Source of the DNA: Dipteris shenzhenensis
Lineage: Eukaryota
Direction: 5' to 3' (one strand)
Assembly (NCBI GenBank): GCA_047967505.1
Contig: CM106538.1
Length of the DNA stretch: 64,000 bases
Of the stretch, positions 48,900 to 60,689 are shown piece after piece. Under the pieces are notes generated by a model, which was not told where the DNA came from, ran no database searches, and saw nothing but the letters and a program-made list of their open reading frames with translations. Position numbers and translations under genes: made by a program. Every line of letters begins with the position of its first letter. Within the stretch, counting starts at the first letter, position 1.

Positions 48900-49720
48900 A
48901 GAATGCCACATCGACCACAAACACTTGCACTTCTCCAATGATGGGATGTTTTATTCATGCCAATAGAGCAGCTGTGGGCACTCACACATCTAGAAATGTT
49001 AGCATGTGCCACATTTCCATCAGCGCATTTGATCCCCATAAAATTGATGCCTACAAGGTGTTTAAGCACTACAAGACATTAGAGGATTTGCAAACAAAAG
49101 CGTTGCCAGAAGCACATGCTTGGGGAATGTCACACACCCTGGCGTCATCCGAGCTATAGGTCTAGTATTTGATATTAATCCATTGATAATATTCCCGTTT
49201 TGGAATGGAAATCATTTGGATAGATAGATGACCTATCTCGAACATGATGGAAAGAGGTCCTCTCCAGCGGGACACTGAGATGATGCAGAATTGCCTTTTA
49301 GAGCTCCACGTGTCTGTCAACATGCTTTTGATCTTCTAAGTGCACTTGTATGCACTATTCATTACATGCACAACGTAGCATAATGATTTGCATGCACAAA
49401 ACGAGCACAAAACATTATGCTTCTTTTCTCAAAGTCATCTAAAGAAGTGTATCGGGGCATTTTTGATTGGGGAACGACGACACTGGCGAGAACCAACAAG
49501 CACTATTTGGCATTGAAGAGTAATAGTCCCACGATTGTTACATCTTTTGTTCAAAGATTTTTCCATATAGCTTGGGAGTGCCTTTCCTCTAATCCCTCAC
49601 CTTTTAGTACTACACAAGATGCATACGCAATGTCCCACCATATTCTTAAAATGATAGACGTTTCTGTACCACCGACTTATACTAGTCTTGCACAAGCTTT
49701 GATTGCACGGCTGCAATGAC
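48900..49720 (+). pseudogene. Possible plant mobile domain (PMD, aminotransferase-like) relic
   Basis: FDWGTTTLA and downstream IAWE resemble recalled PMD motifs Y.WG.A.LA and Q.W.WE; frame is broken. Confidence 0.4.
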
Positions 49721-49981
49721 TTGTAGTCCAAGGAAGGCACATAGAAAAAGATAGTCGTCTACTAATAGTAGAGTTTTGTAGTGTTTTTAATATTGTACCA
49801 ACCTGTGGTTTACAACTCATTCCCAACCAAGGACAGACCAGCAAATGTCTTATACAATCTTGTATATTTTGTGATGTGATGATTCATAAGACGATCATTT
49901 TTTGTATATTGTTGAGTCCTTAGTCCATGATGATTACTTACATATTGTTTGTATAATTTGAAAGTAAGTAAGCTATTTAAG

Positions 49982-50150
49982 CAAGTGTCATGTTGGCACG
50001 ATTTAAAAAATAAGTAAATTGAAATAAAGTAATGTTGCTACAATTTAAAAAGTGTCATGTTGCTATGATTTTTTTAAAAGAAATAATTTTAAATTAATTA
50101 ATTTGTTTAAATAAGTGTCATGTTGCTATGATAATTGTTATGTTGCTATT
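49982..50150. repeat. AAGTGTCATGTTGCTATGAT motif, 4-5 copies in an AT-rich tract
   Basis: Copies at ~49983, 50027, 50050, 50113, 50139. Confidence 0.75.
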
Positions 50151-51905
50151 CTTTGATATGGTTTAATGCAGTTATCATTATTTTATACATGTTTGCATGT
50201 TTTTGATGCGTTAATTGTGTCCTTTTTTAGGGATCATTTTAGATTGAAATGAGCACAGAGGGGGAGAGTGTACCGGATCGAGAGCATCCCGAGGTATCTA
50301 TGGACACACACCTCCAGATGACGTAGGGTCTCAAGAGGCCATTTTGGATAAGCAAATTAATCACATTGAGCTCAAGCCATTTTGAATGAGCAATGAGAGA
50401 TGCTTGGATGGGAGGGATTAGGTGTGTTTGACATGGGTCCAGTGGGATGACAAGACCATGCAAGGTGAGCTACTCTCTCTTCAACAAGTGGCTAGGCTTT
50501 GTAAGAGTGATTTCATAAGAAACACACTGTTTCTTTTAAGTGGACATGCTAGCAATATGTACTCGTAGCCCAAGTTATCTTATCTATGACAGACACAAGC
50601 CTCTAGTGCACATTCTATTGGACATCAATTCATAGAAGTTTAAGGGAACATGCCAAACAGTCAACAAATTCCCATGCACTTCATCTAGCAAGTGTATGTA
50701 CACGATGTCTTGCATTCACACATAGACTAGATTGATAGACACCACTTGTCAGGAACAGGAAAGGGATGTCCTATCGAGTGCAAGGGAGCAAGGGCTGAGA
50801 ATAGAAAGCTTGCATCTCAGAGGCCTCATGTACTGACTCCACAAGCACACACAATGACCTTATTAAGCTATAGATATGGCAGCCATACTTCTTTGTTAAT
50901 AGGGTGTTACCGTCGAGGACTTGCAAGCTGAGATTGCAAGACAAGCCAAAGAGATTGAGGACCTACAAGCACATATCCACACCCTAGAGATGCCGCTTTA
51001 ATTATATAAAACCAATTTTGGGGACTTAGATGCAGAAGATGATGTTGATACATTTGATACTACAAACTTGACCAATTTGGACAACCGTGGTGGAGGACCT
51101 AGCACTCATGGTACTTCTAGCACATTTGCCCATTGAGATGTTTTTTACACAAACCTATTATATCATCACATTCTATTTTGAATACGTGTATCTAGATTCT
51201 AGAATGCAATTTTGTATAGATGATCTTGAAATATATTTACTCTTTTTTGAGTTTTGTATGGAATGAAATTTTGTAAAGATGTTACAATCCTGAACCTTCT
51301 AACATTTAATGTTCTATTTCTTTGTGCTCATTTTGCCTCTCTTTCTTGCACAATAGAAAGACTTTGGAAATGGATTATGGGGACTATAGAAACACATTAT
51401 AGCAACCCAATGCACACAGAGTGCGTAAATTAACTCCAACACACAACTTCTTTCCAAGGAAACATGTTAAGAACAAAAGAAGGCAATATGGACACCCAAG
51501 CATTAGAAGAATACAACAAAGCATACATGCACCTAAATTAAATGACCATATTGAAAGATTCTATTGATTTTGTAAAGTTGATCTTGAAATATATTGAAGT
51601 GGATTATGTCATGTAGATTCATGTCACTGAAATAACATTGATGGAGTGCACATAATAGCTAGATCAACCCTTGTGCCTTGAAAATATAAACTTTGATTGC
51701 GCATATATGATTGTTCTCTCCTTTTTCTCAAAGATGCATTGACTAGGTTGACTTGAAAGTATTTGCAAGTCACAAGGTTTGGCCCTAGCTATTATGTATA
51801 CTAGATCATCCATAAAATGAATAAGTCCAATGTAAAGAACATAACTCCAAAGCGTCACTTAAAGTAACCTACCAATCATTAGCTTCATGCCTTCCAAATA
51901 CAAGA

Positions 51906-52105
51906 ACTTCATCCCTTCACTTTCAAGTACAAAATGAGACAAGATGGATATGAGCATATGCACTTTTCAATCACTTAATATATTCTCTTATCCATCCCCT
52001 CACATGCAACATACCAACCTACATATTTAGAGCTTCATCCCTTTGCTTTCAAGTACAAAATGAGACAAGATGGATGTGAGCATATGCGCTCTTCCATCAC
52101 TTTTA
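51906..52105. repeat. Direct repeat of ~70 bp
   Basis: CTTCATCCCTT..CTTTCAAGTACAAAATGAGACAAGATGGAT.TGAGCATATGC at ~51907 and ~52033. Confidence 0.85.
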
Positions 52106-52199
52106 AGATATCATCGATCTCTTACTTTATTGTTGTCACTGAGTAGCTCAACTCGTCCTCTTCTTCACTAAATGTATCCTCAGCAACAACTTCTATAAT

Positions 52200-53570
52200 C
52201 AAGCATTGTTTGGCAATTCTCATTGCACTGGATTAGCTTGCTACACTTGCCACAACATTAAACCCTTGTAAGAGCTGTAGATTTTTGAAGTAATAAACCA
52301 AACCTACATTTTTTGATGGCTTTAATTGATTTCGTATGTTTGAATTAATAAAATCATACACAGTCCAATTTCGCTCACATGCACTTGATGATGCAACAAC
52401 AAAGAGCACACGTGTTGCAACATGCTGCAATTCCAAAATTTCTCCAGAGTATTCCTTCCATCAAGTATGTGCATTTTTCATTTTAATAGCAGCAAGATTC
52501 CAAGGATCGTCAAAATAACCTTCATGGTTCGTATACTTCACTCTTTGAATTGTATGACTGAGCATGCATTTGGTATTGTGCATGTACTACAAACATAGCT
52601 CCCGTGCAAATGGTAATTTGCTTCCATCTCCTATCAGCCAAAAGCAAGACCTGTTGCTTTTCCTTAGCCACAAAGCACATAGATTCTCTAACTTGGTGTA
52701 TTGACTTAGACATCTTCCAATATACTTTACCCATAACAATGGCATCCGTGTCAACCATCCTTAATAAAATCACAAATGGCTCAACACCTTCTTTCATTTT
52801 TTCTACATTTCTCCAAAATCTAGATGATTGTAAAAGATGTAGACATCTATCACCCAGTTTTCTATACTTGTGCTTCTTCTCAAGCCAGATCGTCCATCGT
52901 CTATCATCAACAGTGTCGATTAAAGCCTAGAACACTTTCAACAATTGAGCAAGCCCAAGAAAAGATGTGGCAAATCTAGTTTGACAAAATTGTCATAGCA
53001 CCTTCGTTGAGTTCTCTCTAAATATTGCATGCAAGTATTGATGGCTCTTTATAAAACTAATAATCACACTAGCATTTGTAGCACAGGTTGCACAAATGGC
53101 AATTTTTTGATATCTTTTACAAATGCTTCTGTCCATCTCAATTGCTCTTCGAGCACTTGTTGTTGAAGAAAACCATCCTCCATAGATGATTGATCTCCTC
53201 TTTTTATTTTTCTCACTTGACTGGCATTTATTGCATCAAAACTGACATGCAAGCCATTTATTTTTAAATCTACACTCCCATTACATGTTGAGGAGCTCAC
53301 ATGTGATTCGTTTGTTTGTAGATCTGCATTCCCATTACGTGCTGACAGCTCTTCCATTGTCTCATTAACCTTAGTGCTAACATTAGCACTTCCATCATTC
53401 CTGATTAGAGTTGGATTAACCACTCTTTTCCATTTTTCTAAATATGATTTGCACAAAGGAATAATGTGCATGTACAAGCTTCAACATCTATTGCCAATCC
53501 CTAAAAAATGTTTCTCGATGCAAGTAGCACCACCCGTAATCTTGCCTCCACAATGTTTACACTGCAAGAA
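52200..53570 (-). pseudogene. hAT transposase relic (BED finger to C-terminal dimerisation domain)
   Basis: LQCKHCGGKITGGATCIEKHF (BED finger), TRFATSFL (~52960-52985), LLRMVDTD..MGKVY, ELQHVATRVL..ASSSACERNWTVY..RNQL. Confidence 0.9.
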
Positions 53571-53839
53571 AGAGACTAAGGCATGCACTTTCCATATCTC
53601 CATCACATATGAACAAATCTTGCCGCACACCATGTTTTTGACGTTGCATGCAAAACATAAACGATAAATAAAATATATCTTAAAAACATAAAGTACATAT
53701 AAATCATTACTTGCATATGCTAAAGGACCACAATACAATAAATATATCATTGAAAGCAATAAATATTAATCCAAATACACTTTCAAGAATACAAGATTGT
53801 AGATACATCCATTCAATGACAAGTACAATATAAATTCAA

Positions 53840-54065
53840 TAGAAAGTGTAAAAATAAGTGATTGTAAATGAAAATCATTCATTCACATTCTCCTAAGAGA
53901 ATATAAAGTATTCTCTGAAAAGAAAGTGTAAAAATGAGTGAATGTAAAATATGAATTATCCATTCACATTCTACTAAAAGAATATTCAATTCAAAAGAAA
54001 GTGTAAGAATGAGTGAATGTAAGTGCAAATCATTCATTCACATTCTCTAAAAGAATATAAAGTAT
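53840..54065. repeat. Three tandem ~75-80-bp units, each with an internal inverted repeat
   Basis: AGAAAGTGTAA.AATGAGTGAATGTAA...CATTCACATTCT..AAGAATAT three times; GTGAATG and CATTCAC are complementary. Confidence 0.85.
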
Positions 54066-54099
54066 TCTTTATCAATTGGAAAAGCATACAGAGACAAGG

Positions 54100-54365
54100 T
54101 TATTTTCCTACCCTACCGTGATAGCATAAACATGAAGAAGGAAGGCATGGTTTGAAAGAAATCTTAAAGATAAAGAGATTAGGGAAGGTGACCTATTTTT
54201 GCTCTACAACACCAAAGTCCACAAGGGAAAACTAAAATATCTAGGTCAAGACCTTATAGAGTCAAAAAGATGAATCCCATTAGAGTTGTACTACTAGAAA
54301 CATTGGATGGAGTCCAATTCACCACAATAATAAATGGGAGCCGATTGCAGAGCTACTACATCAAC
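54100..54365 (+). pseudogene. Gypsy integrase C-terminal fragment
   Basis: Translation fragments KVHKGKLKYLGQ..PYRVKK and INGSRLQSYY. Confidence 0.6.
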
Positions 54366-54689
54366 ACACAAGCCATCCTCAATAATAATCAAGATTTTGG
54401 AGTCCCAAGGCTTCCATAGTTAGTATTAGATTGTATCATGAGCACTCACTCACATATGTATGTCTTCATACATATAGATAGCATCAACCAATTTCAACCT
54501 AGGGCTCAGAGGTGATGACTGAGTCCTAGATGCTTTATGAAATCCTAGCAAAAAGAGCCTATAGTTAGTCCCTACCTAGTTTCTATAGGTCTCGTGCATT
54601 CACACACTTTCACATAGATAAATAGTAGTTTGCATCAATTATTATGCCACACACTCAGTGATGCATGTGCTAAAATCATCTCTCACACT

Positions 54690-54716
54690 ACACACACACA
54701 CACACACACACACACA
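54690..54716. repeat. (AC)n microsatellite
   Basis: About 13 AC units. Confidence 0.95.
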
Positions 54717-55864
54717 ACTATCATACATGCATACTAGCTAATCTAATGATCAATGGTACACCCTATAAAAAATGGATGCAAGTTTAGAAGCAATGCCACC
54801 ACTAAAGAGGAATCTTCAAAGAAAGGCCCACAACCTCAGCCACCATAAGACCCCCACTAGAGTTTTAAGCCATCTATCTCCTCTCAACCAAGGTGACCAC
54901 AGGCATTTGTGGTTCAGATTGATATCTTCGATGAGGATTATGTCCATGAAATGGAGACAAAAGAGGTACAGATGCCACCCTAGTCACCACCCTCCTACAT
55001 GACCATTGATAAAGCCTAGTCCTTAGAGCTTGTGTAGCCCCCTCCATCTACTTATACAATTTTTGATGCTGCAAAAGCTTTCTTAAAGCAAAGGGGACTT
55101 GGATGTTTGTTTGAGCACCTACAATCCTGGAAGGACAATCCTACAATGACCATATACATCCAGAAATTTCTCCATTCTTACCACTCCAACGATGCACAAG
55201 TTGGCAATTTATGGCACCATCACTATAAATCAAAGTCAACTCAATATTATACTCAATAATATAGTGATCTAAAGGGCCTTCTCACTCCCAACTGAAGGGG
55301 AAAGTGCCCCACAAGGCCTATTGATGTCAAATTTCTTGAAATACAGCCTCTTTGCACCAAGTTCCATAGGGATGGGATACTACTTTGCACAATCATTGAC
55401 CCTCAACTCAAGGAAGCAGCAACATTCCTATCAACAATCTTGGGGGTCAAGTGTGGAAAGAATAGATCCCTCCCATCTACACATTTGTTTTGCTTAGTAG
55501 GCAGCTAAAGCAAGACTGGATCCAGCATTTGGTCATATTTTTCACAAAGAAACTCAATGGTTAATTTGGCCAAAAATGTAAGATTCCTCATTTATTGGCA
55601 ATAATCATCAACAAGGAGGTACAAGAAAAATAAATGACTCTTTGTAGTGTGGTCTCAGTGGTGACTCACATGTCATGGGGTGGTTGAAGATATGACAACA
55701 GAGCTTCCACTCCTGGCTACTCCTTGTGGGAGCAATGCATAGCATGAGTCATCCGCAAATGTCACTCAAGTAGCCTCTCGATTGTTGCAATGTGGTTTCA
55801 CTTGAGAAAGAGGGAGAGGGAAGAGGGGAGAGGAGAGGGAGAAGAGGGAGAAGGAAGGAGGGAG

Positions 55865-58649
55865 TGAGAAAGATCCAATATGTGATCACCACTAAGCCTA
55901 ATGCACACAAGGTCAGTGGAAGAACTAAGGAGGCTGAAAGCACACTACATAAGACATGAGAGGGAGATAGAAAATGTTTATCTCTTACAATCTGTGGTCT
56001 CAACAATGCATGGTAGGCCTCTTATATAGAGAGTGCCCTTTGAATAGTCAACCATGTGGGATCCTCTCATCCACATCTCTCCTTGTGGATATCCTCAATC
56101 CACATCTCCACATCATGTAGTCCACATCCTAGAGTGGCTACTTTAATTATTTCCTATACCATACCTTAGCCCTTTAATCTATGTGCTCCTGGCACCATAT
56201 TTCTCAACACCTCCCCTTGGTGCCATGATCCTTTGGCTATTGCAAGGTGGTCAGATGTGAGTTACATTCCATCACCTCCCTTTAGTGCATGCATTGCTAC
56301 TTAAGATGGTCAAGTGTGGTTTACATGTCAATACCTCCCGTGGGTGCTTTCATAGCTACTCTCAGGTGGTCAAGTTTGATTACAAAATATAGGCAAGGTT
56401 GGCAAGGTTTTTGTTTCTCAATGCTTCATGTCGATGCTGTTTGCTTCTTCGCTTGACATAGTTTGATGCATGATGCTTTGTTCTTCCATGTGCCTTGATG
56501 CTTTATGTGTGGATGCCATGCTTCGTGCTATGGTCATCTCATGCACTTGTGCTTTTGGCATGCTTATTGCATTCATGCATTGATTTGTCATTTGTTGCAA
56601 AGGTCTTACCAATTGATTTCTTTCAATATTGGCAGTGTCTAATTGCATACAATGATTCTGATTCAAGAAGCGCGTAGAGCTCGAATAGACGATCAATTTT
56701 TCTTTTTGGAGCATGTGCGAATTCCTCATGGATTGCAAGTTACGCCTTGTCGAAAATTTTGTGAAGAAGAGGGGGCCTTGATGATGCGGCATAGGAGTTC
56801 ATATGCTGCTTAAAAATTGTGCTTGGCAAGGGCTATGTGCTTAGGTGGCACTTAACTAATCCTGCCCCTAACCATAAGCCTTAACCATGGTTTGACTTAA
56901 CCACATCCACACCCAACCTCATGGCATAGACTAGAGCACTGACAAACCAATCTAACCCAATAACCCAGGGTTGCTTGGAGCTAACTCAAGTTAAAAGCCT
57001 ATCTAACACGTGGCCTTTTTGGAGAACCTTAGCAAAAATATGACTTTGAAGAAAACTCTAAAGAGGTGATGACGAAAGATGATGTTGGAAGTAGCGTTTC
57101 CACTTTGATTGTGGGCATCCTATTTCTCTTCCTCTGCTGCGTCCTTACAGGCTTCTTCTTGCTTGGTGCAACGCTTGGCAAGGCCTTGTGCATCCTCCTA
57201 CTCGATCATCGCTCTGCTATCCCTACTCCCATTGCTAAAAGCGACATCTTTATCCACCAAGTATTTCATGGAGGAGGATAGGAGCCATGAGTAGGAGGTC
57301 TCCTTGCATGTGAGGTAAAACTCAAAGGAGATGCGTAGATGCTACTATTGTCGTGAGTATGGCATAGGTACTGGCGGAGTTGCTATGGAGGGATGAAGCA
57401 TGGGCATTGATGGAGACTTAGAGCTCCTTAGATGTAGGTCGTTGCACGCTGGAGAGGCTTTGGCTATGTCACTGCAATCTCTTGTGGTCATAAGTGCGAT
57501 CGATGGTATGAAGCTGGGAGTTTGTGTTGTTGCTTATTTGCTGGCGTCGATGGAGCTGGGCTAAGCCTTCCCCAGTCATAGAAGCCAGTTGTGTAGTCGC
57601 CCGTTGGAGTCATCCTCATATGTAGGTCTGGGAGGCATTGTGGGCATCAACCGCTCGACCGACTCTGATGATGCGGCTGGCAAAGTCATATCGATAACTG
57701 CCTTCATGTTCCAACTCACTCCATTTCCAATTCTTTCAAATCGCCGGTAGCCTCTATTCTGTCCAAGACTTGCATGGATATCACATCTTCCTTTCACACC
57801 TCTATTGATCTAGAGGTAAGCCCATTTGGCCAAACAGATTCAGAGTAGCCAGCTAATGCTGTGAAAGCACAGGAGGATAACGTTCTGGCTCAAATCGTCC
57901 AATTCATTCTTCAAGTAGTTTAAAATATTGACCGTGGATGGGGCGATGCCAAACTGATGCTGATGTCTCTGCATCCACTCACAAAGCTTCTCTAAACCGA
58001 ATCGCCACCTGGTGTGGAAAGTGATCATGTTCTGATGTTGCACCTTCCTTGTGTATGCATGAAGAAGGCCATCATCTATCTTTCATCTGCATGTGGGTTG
58101 CCGCCTTGATCCATACTCTCTTCTAGGAGAGACTTTGATATCGCTGAATCTTAGCACCTCGTGAGGCACTTTTGCTTCACGAGCTCACATCGCTCTGGAG
58201 TGTGAGAGACTTTCACTCTCCACAATGTGACTTTTGACACTATCTACTCAACCAATGTGAGCATTCACAAGAAACAAAGTGCTTCCAATGAATCAATGAA
58301 CTCATGGGCTCTCTCCCTAACATCAAGATAAGAGTGTGCCACTCGATCTAAACTACCTAGCCTTGTGGGCAACCTATGCTCTGATACCATGAGAAAGATC
58401 CAATATGTGATCGCCACTAAGCCTAGTGCACACAAGGTCAGTGGAAGAACTAAGGAGGCTCTTATATAGAGAGTGCCCTTTGAATAGTCAACCATGTGGG
58501 ATCCTCTCATCCACATCTCTCCTTGTGGATATCCTCAATCTACATCTCCACATCATGTAGTCCACATCCTAGGGTGGCTACATTAATTCTTTCCTATACC
58601 ATACCTTAGCCCTTTAATTTATGTACTCCTGGCACCATATCATTCAATA
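55865..58649 (-). mobile_element. Complete non-autonomous LTR element (2785 bp) with decayed unidentified ORF
   Basis: LTRs 58390-58649 (internal ~85-bp deletion) and 55865-56209, PBS at 58378-58389, PPT at 56210-56218, TSD GGGAG at 55860-55864 and 58650-58654; no pol motifs. Confidence 0.94.
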
Positions 58650-59528
58650 GGGAGGGAAGAAGGAGAAGGGAGTGAAGGGGGATAGAGTGACAATCAAAAG
58701 GCACTACAATGGAAATAAGAGAACACCCAAAACACTCTCTTGGAAGAGAAGAGGGAGCTTGTAATCAAACTTGTGCAAACAACAATGAAGACCAAAGTCA
58801 AACATTTGGCCTTTTATACAAGTCATCTTTTGAAGGGCGGGCCAACCCTTTTCCTTTTTAGCACTCTCCCTCACTTTACAACCATGGGCTCTTGGGCTCG
58901 TAGGGCACCAAGGCATATTGCTATTCTTACCGTGGGGGATTCACAAGAGGAAACTTATGATATCACGTGAGTGTACAATAGGGGGGTTTTTTTTAGTGAG
59001 GCATAAGCTTATACATTAGGGGTGGGGGGCCTTTTATTTTTTCGCAATATTGAATTTAAGTTAGGGGGGCCATGCCATATTTAAGAGGGGGGGACATAGT
59101 AAAGGCTACCTTGGATAACTAGTCCAAACAAGTTTGGTTTTGTGTATGGTTTTAAATAGTCATAGGGAAAGTAATCTAAATTTTCTTATTGTGCGATCTA
59201 AATGCTTGAGAAAGAACGTAGATTTAAGAAAAGGGGGGATATAATAGAATTTTGGTGGTATCTTATAAGCTTAAATAGGCGTGTTTTATCATCCTACATG
59301 GATCTTAAATAGGGGGTTTTCTTGAAGTTCATGCACGCAGGTGATGTCCCCCTTTCATGAAGAGTGAATCCCCCGGGATTCTTACCAACTCTCTCTACTA
59401 GGGGAAATAACGCTTGCATTAACCATATTAAAGCGCTTGAGACAAACCTAGTATTGAGAGGTGGTCCTAACCGGTTCCCAAATAGCACTTGTGTTAGCCT
59501 CACTGCCAGCCAATCCTAGGCTCGGGTG

Positions 59529-60020
59529 ATTTGGGGCTCAAACTCCCTGAGCGCCCTCACACCTTCACCTGTTTGGGGTTTGAACCTAATGAACACGGCT
59601 CCAAACCTAGAGTGATGAGGCTAGGCTTCCGTAAGACACTCAACGGTAATCCTGAATCTTGCTGGGAAGCCTTTTCTTTGGAATATTTGGGGAACAGACT
59701 CCCTGAGTTCGACCTGCATTTCTTATGGGGCTATTTTCGTTGGTGTCGCTATTTCTTGTGGATGTGGAGTTGAATAATGCAAGGCGCATGCACTCTTCAT
59801 GGCCCAGAAGTGTGCATCTCCTTGTTCCTACACCTCCTTGTTCTGGGCGGGGGTAGCTGGAACATATAGCCTGTGCATGTTGCCTGGAATTTTTGGACTT
59901 TGGGGTGGGCTTAGGGTATTTGGGGATCAAACTCCCTGAGCTTGAGCTATACATCTTCCATGTGCACATTGCTTATAATCATTGACCTGGGTGTATTTGG
60001 GTATCAAACTCCCTTGAGCT
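59529..60020. repeat. Dispersed motif ATTTGGGG.TCAAACTCCCTGAG, four copies; possibly a gypsy LTR interior
   Basis: Copies at ~59529, 59685, 59918, 59995; G-rich PPT-like tract at ~59083-59095 upstream. Confidence 0.6.
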
Positions 60021-60689
60021 TGTCCTGTTTGAAGTAGATCATTCAGCTTAGTCACCTTTACTCATTGATTTTTGAGAAAAATTAAAACAAAATCAATGAG
60101 ATCATTACATTTTTCAAAATTACATAATAAACATACCATGTTCTCTATCCATATGGCATCCACAGGCCCATCAAACATCAGCCACTTTTTATCTTGGGAT
60201 GGATCCCCTGCAAGCTTATGCATGTAGCATGCTAACACTCCATCAATCCATTCATGTGTATTCTCATCAAAATCTCCATATAGCTACCCCATTGTGATAG
60301 ATTTAGGATTAAGGCGAACTGTTTTCACCTGCAAGATTTCACAATGGAAGCGCACGAAATATGTACTCCAAATTTCATATAGCTGCATAATGTGAATCCT
60401 TGTGGTTTGTTGTTTTCTTGTTTTGGCACTCTATGGGTTCTTTATTAAAATTGGGCTCTCATTGGAAATCTCTTAGAGTTTGGAGTTTTTTAGCTAACTT
60501 GTGGGGCCAAGAAATGTGGCTCTTATTTTATTTTATAGGATTCCATCTTGGCTCATTGTACATGAAAAGAAAGGTTCCATTGCATTGTAAACTTGTTATC
60601 TTACCTCATTCTACAAGATTTTGTCTCTGCAGCCTAAGGTGGTACACCCAATTTAAAGATTTTCTCTCTCAACATGCAGCACTAGCCTT

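Noticed and set aside
49982-54065. CRISPR-like repeat-spacer pattern in the short repeat arrays
   Set aside because: Repeats are degenerate, spacing irregular or spacers themselves repeated, no cas genes, eukaryotic context
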